The position numbers and the translations under genes are program-made. Below are positions 17,755-28,316 of a stretch of 64,000 bases of DNA, piece by piece (position 1 is the first letter of the stretch; the number at the start of each line of letters is the position of its first letter). This stretch comes from a virus (taxonomy: Duplodnaviria; Caudoviricetes). The stretch lies in IMG/VR virus record IMGVR_UViG_3300024259_001623. The stretch is one strand, 5' to 3'. Under the pieces are notes generated by a model. That model was not told the DNA's origin and did no database searches. It worked only from the letters and a program-made list of their open reading frames with translations.

Positions 17755-18590
17755 TTCACAACCTCGGAAATTGCATATTTATATAATTCAATATCGTATT
17801 TATTTAATTCATTCAATAAAGCAACGACCTCTTTATCTTCCCAATCAAACTGTTCTTTTTTAGAGCTTTTTCTAACAACAACGTTTTTCTTAGGAGCTTT
17901 AAAACCATAGAATTTACATAATCTTACATGATCTTCATAAGAATTTTCCTGCAATCCCACAAAATCAAATTTATGTTTTAGATTTATTTTGGCCTCGTCA
18001 AGCATTGTATTATAATATTTGTCAGATGTTTTTTTATTTCTTCCTGACCAACCATAAATTTGAAAATAACCAAAATCTTTATTTCCATAATTTTTATTTT
18101 TATTCATTTCTTTTAATTCGTCATATGATATTTTTTTATCACCACATTTCCATTTTTCCCATTCTCGCCATTCTAATATATTATTAACTGACTCCATACC
18201 ATAAATTTGTTTAACCATGATATTAGAAGAAACTTCATTTCTTATACACCACTCAAGAAAACGTTTCAGATCATTCCCATTTTTCTCAAATAGATAATAA
18301 CCTATAGACTTATCTCTATCCAATCCATGATAAAATTGAGACTTCCATCTTTGAATAGGATCTCTTAAAAAAGTGAAATAAGAAAACTTTCTCAAATTCA
18401 TCTTCTTATGTATGCCATATGGAACATGACCAGATAAAATATTTTTTTCACGATATTTATCAAAACTTTTATACCATATACGATCATCATTTTTATACCG
18501 TATACGACAATTTTTTTGAGATTTTAGTATCTTATTTATACTACTGCCAGAAGTTTTTTGTATATGTACGAAAAAAATCATCATTTCCAT
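17751..18590 (-). CDS. Sulfotransferase (family 2-like)
   Basis: FFVHIQKTSGSSI, GHVPYGIH, YFTFLRDPIQRWKSQF, FDFVGLQE. Confidence 0.8.
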   Translation of the reverse strand: MEMMIFFVHIQKTSGSSINKILKSQKNCRIRYKNDDRIWYKSFDKYREKNILSGHVPYGIHKKMNLRKFSYFTFLRDPIQRWKSQFYHGLDRDKSIGYYLFEKNGNDLKRFLEWCIRNEVSSNIMVKQIYGMESVNNILEWREWEKWKCGDKKISYDELKEMNKNKNYGNKDFGYFQIYGWSGRNKKTSDKYYNTMLDEAKINLKHKFDFVGLQENSYEDHVRLCKFYGFKAPKKNVVVRKSSKKEQFDWEDKEVVALLNELNKYDIELYKYAISEVVK

Positions 18591-19231
18591 GTTCCTATTA
18601 ATGTTAAAAAATTACCATTTCTATGATAATCTTTTGTACACGATTTACCATAAGTTCTATCAAACGAAACCTTACCTTTTTTAACTCGTTTAGAAATAAA
18701 TTTCTTTTCTATTTTACCATACTTTCCTATTAATCCCATCAATTTATGTATGTTAAAAGCAGTAGAGAAAAACTGTCTACGCTCCCTATATTGAGACTTT
18801 AAACTACCACCATGCATCAACCATTTAAACATATTGAAATAAAATCGCTTACCGACTCTGGCGAATTCCACTATAGAGCTTTCTATATCTGGTGAATGTT
18901 CCAAAACAGAACTTGCATAAACAAGATCAAATTGCTTATCTTCAAACGGAAGATCGACCATATCTGCCTTAAAACCTTCTACGCCATCAGTTTCATCAAC
19001 GAATTCCAAGAAAAAATCAGAGATATTTGCTGTGCAATATCTAAGCTTTTTCTTTTTCAATATAGCTTTAGCTTCTGAAAGTTCGCTGCCACCGACCTCT
19101 AATATACTATTGAAATCATTTTTCAAAACATAGTTAACATAGTATTTTCTACAATTATGCCCTCTATTACCGTCTATCCAATTAACCTTGCCTTTTTCGT
19201 AAGAATTCCATTTATCTTTATACTCTTTCAT
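18581..19231 (-). CDS. Class I SAM-dependent methyltransferase
   Basis: SILEVGGS...ADMVDLPFEDKQFDLVYASSVLEHS. Confidence 0.75.
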   Translation of the reverse strand: MKEYKDKWNSYEKGKVNWIDGNRGHNCRKYYVNYVLKNDFNSILEVGGSELSEAKAILKKKKLRYCTANISDFFLEFVDETDGVEGFKADMVDLPFEDKQFDLVYASSVLEHSPDIESSIVEFARVGKRFYFNMFKWLMHGGSLKSQYRERRQFFSTAFNIHKLMGLIGKYGKIEKKFISKRVKKGKVSFDRTYGKSCTKDYHRNGNFLTLIGTWK

Positions 19232-19232
19232 C

Positions 19233-19853
19233 TTATTCCCTTATACTATTTATAAACTCATTCATAGCGACAGTTATATTACAATCTTTATCATGTTCCA
19301 AAACCCATCTATATAACTTTGTTTCAGTCGATAAAATATCTTTAATCAAACTTCTATGATGTCTCTTACCCATTCCTATTTTTTTATGATGCCAAGCAGC
19401 ATATAAATTATTAATATATTTTATAGAATTATTATTAACCATTTTTCTAAGAACTGGATATTCTGCTCCTTCTATATTCATTTTCAATAAGATATAGTCA
19501 TCTATATCAAAATTATCTGTTATCCATTTACTTAGATCGACACATGGAACTCTTACTGGATGACCCACATCTATATTACCTGTTTTCTTTTCTTTGATTA
19601 AAGAACTTGATTCAGAAAAGCCTACTCCACCAAGATAAAATTCTATGTGATCATCATTAACCCAAACGGCCTTATTAATAATAGTCATATTATCAGCGTC
19701 ATATTCTTTCTTCAATTTTTCTATATTTTCAAGTAATTTTTCATTGCACTCAAATACATACATCTCATATTCTTTCCATCCAGGAATATTATCCATAAAG
19801 AACTTTACCGACAAACCATTCCAAGCCCCGCAATCTATAAAAATCTTTCTCAT
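19233..19853 (-). CDS. FkbM-family methyltransferase
   Basis: IFIDCGAWNG.S, YVFECN, INKAVWV, SESSSL, VPCVDLS.WI, LKMNIEGAEY. Confidence 0.85.
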   Translation of the reverse strand: MRKIFIDCGAWNGLSVKFFMDNIPGWKEYEMYVFECNEKLLENIEKLKKEYDADNMTIINKAVWVNDDHIEFYLGGVGFSESSSLIKEKKTGNIDVGHPVRVPCVDLSKWITDNFDIDDYILLKMNIEGAEYPVLRKMVNNNSIKYINNLYAAWHHKKIGMGKRHHRSLIKDILSTETKLYRWVLEHDKDCNITVAMNEFINSIRE

Positions 19854-19854
19854 A

Positions 19855-20490
19855 CTATCTCCTGAATCGTTTATATGTTTTTTTGAAAGGCATATGAAAT
19901 AAATCTAATTCATTCTTCCATAAAACATAAGGGAAACCTATTTGATCCCTATCACTACCATCAACTAATTCCTGAAACCATTTTTCCATAAATCTAGTTT
20001 GATTCTCTATGCCATGCTTTCTTATTATAATACCACCAGCAGTAAGCCCTTGCTGTCTTGGCATACCAGCTTTTTTATATCTCGCAATCTGTTTTTTGAT
20101 ATTTTCTTTTTCGCCGATGCCCTTTTTCAAACAATATTCAGCTTCATCATATAAACAAGTCCTCGATGGATGACTCATCATAGTAATATTGTGATCTTTA
20201 GACTGTCTAGACACAAATTTATCTAAATCACAAGATATACTAAATTTAGAATCTATGTATATAGATAAATCACAATCTTTTAAAAAATAATCATTAAGTA
20301 TTTTAGGTTTTCTAGATAACTTCCTATCTGATAAATTATCTTCATTTTCTACTATTCTTATATCCCAACTATCAGACTTCATATTAACGTTATCAGTAAA
20401 ACATACATGATCCCAGTTCGGGTTGTCCACCTTTGGTTCATATAATTTATAATCACCTATTATAACAGTGTAAACAACTTTATTCATCAT
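19855..20490 (-). CDS. DUF616-type glycosyltransferase
   Basis: KVVYTVIIGDY...DHVCFTD...SRKPKIL...SIYIDS...HPSRTCLYDEA...RDQIGFPYVLWK. Confidence 0.75.
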   Translation of the reverse strand: MMNKVVYTVIIGDYKLYEPKVDNPNWDHVCFTDNVNMKSDSWDIRIVENEDNLSDRKLSRKPKILNDYFLKDCDLSIYIDSKFSISCDLDKFVSRQSKDHNITMMSHPSRTCLYDEAEYCLKKGIGEKENIKKQIARYKKAGMPRQQGLTAGGIIIRKHGIENQTRFMEKWFQELVDGSDRDQIGFPYVLWKNELDLFHMPFKKTYKRFRR

Positions 20491-21040
20491 TCATCCAATC
20501 TAATTGCTTTTTAGTTTTTCTAATTACAGAAACTCCGTAATAAAATGGCAACGTAACAACCTCGACTTCATCTAGCATATTATCCTTGATCCATTGTGCA
20601 GTCTTATAAGTATCTCCACAATAACTATATGAGACTAGTTCTTCACATGTTGGATATGTATCATGTATCAAAATAATTCCATTATCTTTTAATAATGGCA
20701 AAGACAATTGAAAATCTTCTAAACTTGATTCATGCTTATGATCAGCATCTATAAAAATTAAATCGAACTTCTCGCCTTCATAAGAAGTCAAAAAGTCCTT
20801 TGTAGCCCCATGAAACCAAACTAAATTCTTATTATCCTTAATAGGCTTGTACCATCTTTTGTCTATATCTACAGCATAAGCCGTTTTAGCGAACCTAGCA
20901 ACTTCATTAAAATTACGTCCATTTCTGATTCCTAATTCCAAATAATTATCTAACTTTTTCGCCTCATTTAATCCTCTGGCAACCATTTTTATAATTCTAG
21001 TATGGTGACCTTTTGCGAAAGGCATTTTATCTCTATCCAT
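20480..21040 (-). CDS. Class I SAM methyltransferase (Methyltransf_24-like)
   Basis: YLELGIRNG, YAVDI, FDLIFIDADH, GIILIHDT.P. Confidence 0.8.
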   Translation of the reverse strand: MDRDKMPFAKGHHTRIIKMVARGLNEAKKLDNYLELGIRNGRNFNEVARFAKTAYAVDIDKRWYKPIKDNKNLVWFHGATKDFLTSYEGEKFDLIFIDADHKHESSLEDFQLSLPLLKDNGIILIHDTYPTCEELVSYSYCGDTYKTAQWIKDNMLDEVEVVTLPFYYGVSVIRKTKKQLDWMNDE

Positions 21041-21882
21041 TATGCATTATCCTCTATATATAACTCGATTCTATCTTTCCATGTTCTACCCCAATCACTC
21101 TTATATAAATTATGGCTTCTACATGCTTGCTTATGAGTTCCAAACAACTTATCATCATAATGCCATTCCGCCATATGAGTTGGCTTAGTGAGGCAGAACT
21201 TCTTTTGTTTTTTACTTCTGAAAGGCAATTTTATACCCTTTTCATTAACTCTCACACATTTTATTCCTTCTCCCTCATATCCTTTTGATCTAATCTGTAA
21301 AGGCAACTGCCAACCTGTATCACATTTGATCTGGTAACCTACTGGTCTATTAAAATACATTGCATTTTGTCTATCTCTAATCACTGATCTGCATACTGAT
21401 TCTTTATTCTTTTCTACTTTTGGTCTAAAATCAAGCTCAACATCCTTCAACATATCTTTTCTTAAACAAAAGAAAAATACAATTGGAAAATCTTTATATC
21501 GAGGACCGTCATCATGATAAGAAAAACCAAAACATCCTAATCCAGAATCTAGTTTATCTATCACTAATTTATCCCAGTCTTGATAAAGAATGGCTATATC
21601 AGCATCAGCAATAATAGCATAATCACTTTGTATATGGTTCAAAGATTCATTCAACAACATAGAATGATTCAAAGAACTATGATGTATATCATTTTCTACA
21701 GTTTTTACATGCTCATAGCCTTTAGGAAGTCTTTCATCATCATTAGATTTAAGACACTTCCAATTTATTTTTGTGTCATCGCTCTTAAATATATTGCAGG
21801 TTTTTTGTAAAAACTCCGCATAGTCAGAAGAATTTTTAGATACAAATGTAATAAAATCTATTTCTTTCATTTTGTCACCCAT
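21040..21882 (-). CDS. GT-A fold glycosyltransferase-like protein
   Basis: HS.LLNESL...DYAIIADADI (DxD motif)...WD; island context. Confidence 0.55.
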   Translation of the reverse strand: MGDKMKEIDFITFVSKNSSDYAEFLQKTCNIFKSDDTKINWKCLKSNDDERLPKGYEHVKTVENDIHHSSLNHSMLLNESLNHIQSDYAIIADADIAILYQDWDKLVIDKLDSGLGCFGFSYHDDGPRYKDFPIVFFFCLRKDMLKDVELDFRPKVEKNKESVCRSVIRDRQNAMYFNRPVGYQIKCDTGWQLPLQIRSKGYEGEGIKCVRVNEKGIKLPFRSKKQKKFCLTKPTHMAEWHYDDKLFGTHKQACRSHNLYKSDWGRTWKDRIELYIEDNA

Positions 21883-22541
21883 GTTGTGAATCTAGCCTTC
21901 TTTGGAGGTCTTTTAAACTTAGAAGATTCTATCCATTCTCGACCTATATCTTTTAAAATTACTTTCTTAACGTTTTTAGGATAAACACATACCTTTCCTT
22001 CGTGAGATATATTTTCTGCTTTACAAGGCATTTTTATACCAAACTTTTTACCTCTCAACTGAGTCTCAGGATTCAAAGTAGGATCTAAATTGCCCCCGAC
22101 CTTCTTATAGAATCTCTCATGTAAGAAAGCTGGAGATGTTGGACATTTTTGATAGACATAAGGATAAGCTCTTAATGCTACTTCAAAAAGGTTTTTGTGG
22201 GCATCGAAGAAACGCATAATTCTATCGACATTTACTTCTTCCTTCAAAGTCCAATCATCTTCTAGATTAAAAATATACTCAGTCTGAGCAGATGACCAAC
22301 ACCAATTATAAGCCTGAGTATAATTTCCTTGCTCGGGAGTATTAGCTACAACTTTGCCAAAATATTTTTCCGCAACTTTTATAACCTTATTTCTATCTAC
22401 ACTAGCTGGTAGAGGATCAATATTAATGTATAAAGTACATTTATCGAACTCAATACCTTTCAAATTTTTATGAAATGATGCATAAGTTCTATCCACTATC
22501 TTAGGTCGTGCTACCGCAGTAGTTGTAAAATCAAGAATCAT
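21867..22541 (-). CDS. GT-A fold glycosyltransferase-like protein (paralog of 33381-34070)
   Basis: LDFTTTAVARP...LYINIDP...AYNWCWS...YIFNLEDDW (EDD motif). Confidence 0.55.
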   Translation of the reverse strand: MILDFTTTAVARPKIVDRTYASFHKNLKGIEFDKCTLYINIDPLPASVDRNKVIKVAEKYFGKVVANTPEQGNYTQAYNWCWSSAQTEYIFNLEDDWTLKEEVNVDRIMRFFDAHKNLFEVALRAYPYVYQKCPTSPAFLHERFYKKVGGNLDPTLNPETQLRGKKFGIKMPCKAENISHEGKVCVYPKNVKKVILKDIGREWIESSKFKRPPKKARFTTWVTK

Positions 22542-23118
22542 TACTTTCTCCTAATAATGCACATTTTATCTGTATTATGTAATTCACAACTAACAATATT
22601 GTCAACTACTATATTCTCTATAAACGGTGATACAATTTTGCCATTATCTATATAATCTCTAAAAACATCTACAGTATACGGAACATAGTCTGCTTTTTTC
22701 TTTTTGTGTGTAGATCTTCTATAACATAAAGACCGCCAGGATTCAAACGATCAAACATAGATTGGAATGTAATCTGTTGGTCGTGAGCGGCATGAGAGCC
22801 ATCATCTATGATGATATCAAACTTGATACCCTTAATAACATCTAACTTATGCATTTCATCTTGCCTGCATATACTAGGAATAAAACGATCATTCTTCTTT
22901 TGCCAAAATTTTGATTTTAGAATATCTACTCCATATATAACAGCATTAGGAAAATAATCCAACCACATCTTTATTGATGCTCCCTTATCTATCCCAATTT
23001 CAAGAAGATTCTTTACATCGTTCCTAATAGGATCAAAAAAAAGAGAATATGTCTCAACATAATTATGACCATTACTCCCTTTATCTGTTGAATATTTTTT
23101 AGCCAATTTATTTAACAT
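22541..23118 (-). CDS. Class I SAM methyltransferase (sugar O-methyltransferase-like), completed only by a -1 frameshift at 22693-22699
   Basis: TDKG..GHNY..TY..FF, LLEIGI..GAS.KMW.DYFPNA.IYGVDI, DIIIDDGSH, GGLYVIEDL. Frame 0 stops at 22669. The -1 frame continues ADYVPYTVDVFRDYIDNGKIVSPFIENIVVDNIVSCELHNTDKMCIIRRK* to 22541 and overlaps the next ATG (TAATG). Confidence 0.75.
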
Positions 23119-23123
23119 TTTTA

Positions 23124-23978
23124 TTATATTCCAAAAACTTTTATAGATTTCTTTTTCAACTCATCATTTAACATAACTTTTTTATATCCATTTCTAGACC
23201 GTACATTTACAAAACCAGGTCTATTGGCATCTTTATATTTATATCTTCTAAGAACATCCATTCTGCTTCCATCATTATGAAATTTTAATCTAGAAAAGCT
23301 ACTTCCACCGCCGGCAGATAAAACAATATCTTTTCCTGCATCTGAAAAAGCAATTCCAATTTTCTTACATAAAGACTTCCTATATTTTTTATTTGAGAAC
23401 CATTTATTATAGCTTATACATAATAAATTATTTAAATCAGAATTTCCTAGAAAATAATCTATATGCTCATTATATACCTCCATATATCTTTCCACGCTTC
23501 GGACATTACCATTTTGTTCATCATACATAGGAAGAATCCCAACTCCTTTTTCACTTTTAGCTAAACGACTAGCCGTTAAGTTAGGTAAATCTCTTAAAAT
23601 AATAACATTATAAATTTTCTTACTATTTCCATTATCTGAACTATCTATTTTGTCAAAAACTTCACTTAACATTTTATCTTCATAAGTATGAATTAAACAT
23701 TTCTTACTACATCTTGTCAAATTTTTGACCCTATTCTCATCAACATATGGTTTACACTTAGATGCCTTATTACATCTTTTTCTCCATTTTCCATAATTTG
23801 CAAGATTTCTTTTTGTATAAATAGTTTTACCATTTATTTCTGTGAATGGAATATCTGCAAACCAAAACGCAGAACTACACTCAAAACAATGAGCCAGCCA
23901 ATTCACAACAGCATGATGACCGCTTCGTCTAATGGCAAAAACCCTAAATTCAAACTCATTATCACCAGCATCAACCAT
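23124..23978 (-). CDS. Sulfotransferase-like protein
   Basis: FRVFAIRRSGHHAVVNWL (PSB-like loop), IILRD..N..ASRL, ISYNKW. Confidence 0.5.
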   Translation of the reverse strand: MVDAGDNEFEFRVFAIRRSGHHAVVNWLAHCFECSSAFWFADIPFTEINGKTIYTKRNLANYGKWRKRCNKASKCKPYVDENRVKNLTRCSKKCLIHTYEDKMLSEVFDKIDSSDNGNSKKIYNVIILRDLPNLTASRLAKSEKGVGILPMYDEQNGNVRSVERYMEVYNEHIDYFLGNSDLNNLLCISYNKWFSNKKYRKSLCKKIGIAFSDAGKDIVLSAGGGSSFSRLKFHNDGSRMDVLRRYKYKDANRPGFVNVRSRNGYKKVMLNDELKKKSIKVFGI

Positions 23979-23979
23979 A

Positions 23980-24981
23980 TTATAGACCTATCCATTGCTT
24001 TCTTTCTAACATCCAATTTACTGTTTTCTCTAACGAATCTTCAAAACTAACAGGAACATCCCATCCCATATTGGACATTTTTGTTCCATCTAAAGCATAC
24101 CTCAAATCATGCCCTGGACGGCTAGAATGGAAATCAACCAGTTCGTACTTCAGTGGCTTACCAATAACATCAGCAATAAACTGAGCCATTTCTAAGTTGT
24201 TTACTTCTTTTTCTCCAACAATATTATATTTATCACGACTTTCTCCATTCTTCAACAAGAAATCGATAGCGCTAGCAATATTTCTACAATGAATATAGAA
24301 ACGTGATCCCGGTCTTGTCTTTGTTGCATCTGCATGAATAATCATGTCTTCGCCCAATAGAACCTTTTTAATAATCATTGGAATGAATTTTTCTGGATGT
24401 TGTCTTTCTCCAAATGCATTCATGGTATGAGTAACCATAATTGGAATCTTATATGTATTAGCATATGCCATACATAGTTCTTCTCCACCAGCCTTAGCAG
24501 CAGCATATGGATTAGAAGAATTATATCTATCCCACTCCTTATACGCAACTCCATCTGGTGCTGGTCCGAAAACTTCATCAGTTGAGAAGTAAATCATTTT
24601 TTCCAAAACGCCTTTATCTGACAACTTTCTAGCATAATCCAAAATATGCATAGTTCCAACTACATTACTCATAACAAATGGTCCTGGATCAACAATAGAA
24701 TTATCCACATGAGTTTCTGCTCCCATATGAATGATATAGTTGATGTCTCCCAACTCAGATATAACACCTACTGGCAAAGGATTAGTGAAATCAGTAGCCA
24801 ATGTCATAACTCGACTAATATCAAAACAATCGATATCCCTCAATCTATCAAAACCATCAGAAGCATATGTAAGCTTATCTAGAACATAAATATCCCAATC
24901 AGTATTTTTGATAAGGTGTTCTACCATGTGATGACCGATAAAACCGCAACCGCCTGTTATTAAGACTTTCTTTTTTGACAT
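23980..24981 (-). CDS. rfbB: dTDP-glucose 4,6-dehydratase-like NAD-dependent epimerase/dehydratase
   Basis: VLITGGCGFIG, LDKLTYAS, HMGAETHVDNSI, FSTDEVFG, PYAAAKAG, MNAFGERQHPEKFIP, RPGHDLRYALD. Confidence 0.88.
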   Translation of the reverse strand: MSKKKVLITGGCGFIGHHMVEHLIKNTDWDIYVLDKLTYASDGFDRLRDIDCFDISRVMTLATDFTNPLPVGVISELGDINYIIHMGAETHVDNSIVDPGPFVMSNVVGTMHILDYARKLSDKGVLEKMIYFSTDEVFGPAPDGVAYKEWDRYNSSNPYAAAKAGGEELCMAYANTYKIPIMVTHTMNAFGERQHPEKFIPMIIKKVLLGEDMIIHADATKTRPGSRFYIHCRNIASAIDFLLKNGESRDKYNIVGEKEVNNLEMAQFIADVIGKPLKYELVDFHSSRPGHDLRYALDGTKMSNMGWDVPVSFEDSLEKTVNWMLERKQWIGL

Positions 24982-25778
24982 TTTCTGATCTCCTTACAGA
25001 AGGATTCAACAATATCTCTTCCTTTATTTTTGAGATGATAGATATAAACATCTTTTCTACCATAATCTTTTAGGTTTGGATCTACATAATTATATGTATC
25101 ACAATTAAATAGACCGATATTATATTCTCCAAACTTATATATTGCTATATCTTTTACACTACGATATTTTTTCGTTAATCTAAAATACTTTAAAACTAAA
25201 GAAGAGAGAAAAACTTGGTCTACCCACCATCTTAAATTCTCTCTCTTCCATGTCTTATGTTTAGGACGATTTTCTTCAAGAGTCCTATATATTGTATCGT
25301 ACTCGGGAAGCGAGTCATCCCCTCCATTTTCCATAGTTTTTATTGCAAAATCACATAATTCATAAGATTTCTTGCTATTTTTACAAAAAATGACTCCCCC
25401 GTTAGAGAAAGCCCTTAACAATCTAGTTTTGATACAATTATTCCGAACCGTGATACCTAAATCAAAATCATTTGCAAATATCTTATTCCAATCTTTATTA
25501 AAAAAAGTATCAAAATCGACAAATGTAGTACCACCGCCATCATAAGATATCTCTTTTTTCAAAACATCGAATTTCAAAAACTGCATTTTATTCTCAAAAA
25601 TATCTTTATCAATATGCTTATGTTCTATATCATGCTGTTTAAGAACCGCTATTTGATCTTCGCTCAAATCTGGAGAATATACTACAAATTCAGCGTCAAC
25701 TTTGTGTCTGGTCAGCAAGAATGGTTTCCCAAACTTAAAATATGCCTTATCAGAGAATGATATAACTTTATTCGCCAT
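24960..25778 (-). CDS. GT-A nucleotide-diphospho-sugar transferase
   Basis: FVDFDTFF (DxD motif), FDLGITVR, NGGVIF, WWVDQ..L. Confidence 0.6.
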   Translation of the reverse strand: MANKVISFSDKAYFKFGKPFLLTRHKVDAEFVVYSPDLSEDQIAVLKQHDIEHKHIDKDIFENKMQFLKFDVLKKEISYDGGGTTFVDFDTFFNKDWNKIFANDFDLGITVRNNCIKTRLLRAFSNGGVIFCKNSKKSYELCDFAIKTMENGGDDSLPEYDTIYRTLEENRPKHKTWKRENLRWWVDQVFLSSLVLKYFRLTKKYRSVKDIAIYKFGEYNIGLFNCDTYNYVDPNLKDYGRKDVYIYHLKNKGRDIVESFCKEIRKCQKRKS

Positions 25779-26694
25779 ATAGAATCCTTACCATATTATC
25801 ATACGAAGCATCTAAGCTATAATTATCTATAGCACAGCTTCTACACCTATTATGATCGACATTTTTCAACAACCATTCTGAATTTTTTATTAAATTTTTT
25901 CTATCCGTTAAAACGCAGTTATCATTTTTTAAATAATACTTATTATTTGGTGCGTCCTTGTTGTAAACCACAGGCAATCCGCACATTGTCATCTCTAAAA
26001 ATGACTGTGGGAATCCTTCCGCCTTATGTTCAGTAAACAATATCCCAACCTTGGCTCTACTAATGTTGTCTCTGACAAAATCCCCACCAGAGAATGGAGT
26101 ACAAACCACATCATGGATAGAGTCAATTTTATCTTTATGTCTCATACCCCCTATCCACAACACTCTTCTTTTTTCTTTTATCTTGTTCAACTTCTTTATA
26201 AACAGCAATTCATTCTTATCTGCTCTTTTGCCCATCAATAAATAATCGAATTCATCATAATTGCCTACTGGCTTCCAAAAATCTTTGTCTTTGCCTTTAA
26301 ACCATATCTTAGAATTCTTACCCATTCTAGATTTGGAATCTACCAAACTAACATCACAATACTTATTATATAAATTATTTGCACAGCAAGAATAGTAAAC
26401 TTTCTTATTCTTTATATGCCTTAATATCTTTACATCTCTATTTGGATCATTTTTAACAGCCCAAACCATTGCGTCTGGAGACTTATTTATGAAGTTAATA
26501 ACCTTTTGTGGATTTGTCATACTAAATTCCCAGTCTTTATATACTTTTTGATCACTTAAATAAATGATATTACCAAATCTTTCAGCATAAGACCTGTATC
26601 CACAAACAGATCCTCCCTCTATCATCAGTTTCTGGTATTTTTCATTTCTCTTTTTAGTCAACGCACCATACAATAATATCAATTTCTTTTTCAT
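25768..26694 (-). CDS. GT-B (GT4-like) glycosyltransferase
   Basis: ISRAKVGIL...EGFPQSFLEMTMCGLPVV. Confidence 0.75.
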   Translation of the reverse strand: MKKKLILLYGALTKKRNEKYQKLMIEGGSVCGYRSYAERFGNIIYLSDQKVYKDWEFSMTNPQKVINFINKSPDAMVWAVKNDPNRDVKILRHIKNKKVYYSCCANNLYNKYCDVSLVDSKSRMGKNSKIWFKGKDKDFWKPVGNYDEFDYLLMGKRADKNELLFIKKLNKIKEKRRVLWIGGMRHKDKIDSIHDVVCTPFSGGDFVRDNISRAKVGILFTEHKAEGFPQSFLEMTMCGLPVVYNKDAPNNKYYLKNDNCVLTDRKNLIKNSEWLLKNVDHNRCRSCAIDNYSLDASYDNMVRILYGE

Positions 26695-26709
26695 TAATAA
26701 AATCCTAAA

Positions 26710-27624
26710 TTATTTACTAAATAACGATACCATCTTGCCCATATTAGTTTTTCTATCGCCGATCTTATTGTTAAGCAAATCAACCATTTCTCCATTCAGC
26801 TTAACTCTTTCATCTTCATCTGTCATCAAACGTTTAACATAAGAAGCAGCCTCTTTAAGCTCTCTGGCGGCATACACAAGCGACGTTCTACCATTTATAG
26901 AGTAATCTCCCATTCCTGCTTTTTTATGGTCTGTGCTGACCAAGGCACAGCCAGCTAAAGATGACTCCATAGGAGGATTATGTAGACCCTCTAATTCGGT
27001 TGGAGATATCCAAACTTTAATTCTATTATACCATTTATTAAGTTTCTTTTCGTCCGGATTTTTAATATCCTTATTCAAAAGTACAATCTTATATCCAGCA
27101 TGTTTGGCTATCTTGATAGCATCAACATGTCTTTTAGTTGCATGTCTTTCGCTATACAAGGCTCCAACAATATTTTCTCTCTCTTGACCCATATTATAAA
27201 ATTTGTCTATATCTAGGCCAGGATATACTAGATCAGAATGTATACCATTTTTCTTTAGATGACTGTGTAACCATTCACTATTAACAACGCAATGTAACTT
27301 ACTGTATGAATCGAATAATTGTTTTTTTGTAGCTTTCCACGTTTCATATCCTCTGATATAGTAAAACTTCTTATCAGCCGGTGTCTCTAAAGTATTTTGA
27401 ACGCTTTCAAGACCAGTAGCAACAACAACATCACATTTAGGACATTTTTGACCGGGCACAAAATCTATGCCTATTGGTTTATGCCAACTATATCCACTTT
27501 TAACATTACTGAACATTATAACTTCATGACCAAGAGAACTCAAAGTTTCTCCGCACTTCAACAATGTTCTACTTCCGCCATTATTACCAAGCCCAACATT
27601 AAATAAATTAAATGCTATTTTCAT
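26710..27624 (-). CDS. GT-B (GT4-like) glycosyltransferase
   Basis: GLGNNGGSRTL...LGHEV; SPTELEGLHNPPMESSLAGCALVSTD. Confidence 0.8.
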   Translation of the reverse strand: MKIAFNLFNVGLGNNGGSRTLLKCGETLSSLGHEVIMFSNVKSGYSWHKPIGIDFVPGQKCPKCDVVVATGLESVQNTLETPADKKFYYIRGYETWKATKKQLFDSYSKLHCVVNSEWLHSHLKKNGIHSDLVYPGLDIDKFYNMGQERENIVGALYSERHATKRHVDAIKIAKHAGYKIVLLNKDIKNPDEKKLNKWYNRIKVWISPTELEGLHNPPMESSLAGCALVSTDHKKAGMGDYSINGRTSLVYAARELKEAASYVKRLMTDEDERVKLNGEMVDLLNNKIGDRKTNMGKMVSLFSK

Positions 27625-28316
27625 TTTATAACCTTCCCCATCTTTCTTATTGATTTTACTTTATCTTCGGACAATACTATTTCAGTCTTTTTATCTTTGA
27701 TACCATCAAAATATCTTAGTCCACACATAATCCTACCATTGAAATCCCAAGGATCCCTGGTAGATATAACTCTCTTTATGTATTCGGCATCTCCATCAAA
27801 ATCACCAATCCATTTATAAATGTTATTTACAAAATTGAAAGGGTCTGAAATGATATCTTCATATTTGACAACTATACTTTCTGTTTTATCTATTTTAATA
27901 GTTTTATAAACCTTTGGAACATTATTAAAATAAGTTTTGATACATAAATTCACATCTTTTTCAAATGTTCTTACTTGTGAATTTATAGCAGACAACGGAT
28001 CTCTTATAATATGTATAACATGAAACTTTTTGAATAGTTTCTTGAACTTAGCGAAATATAGATCAAAATCTCTGGCAAAAACATATGGAAGTTTTTGACC
28101 AGCCTTAATAGACATCATTCCACCAGTTTCTTGTTTATTTTGAGTAACTGGATATGTCATATTCTTTATGGCCCATTGGCGTGTTTGAGCTTTCAACAAT
28201 AAGTCTCTTCTCTCATGTACTATATCATAACCCAAAGCCGGATGCATAGAAACTAATCTTCTTAATAATGTAGTGCCTGATCGTTCATATCCCGTGATCA
28301 ATATTCGTTTTTTCAT
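27621..28316 (-). CDS. Sulfotransferase
   Basis: ILITGYERSGTTLLRRLVSMHP, IHIIRDPLSAINS, VKYEDII.DP. Confidence 0.8.
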   Translation of the reverse strand: MKKRILITGYERSGTTLLRRLVSMHPALGYDIVHERRDLLLKAQTRQWAIKNMTYPVTQNKQETGGMMSIKAGQKLPYVFARDFDLYFAKFKKLFKKFHVIHIIRDPLSAINSQVRTFEKDVNLCIKTYFNNVPKVYKTIKIDKTESIVVKYEDIISDPFNFVNNIYKWIGDFDGDAEYIKRVISTRDPWDFNGRIMCGLRYFDGIKDKKTEIVLSEDKVKSIRKMGKVIK

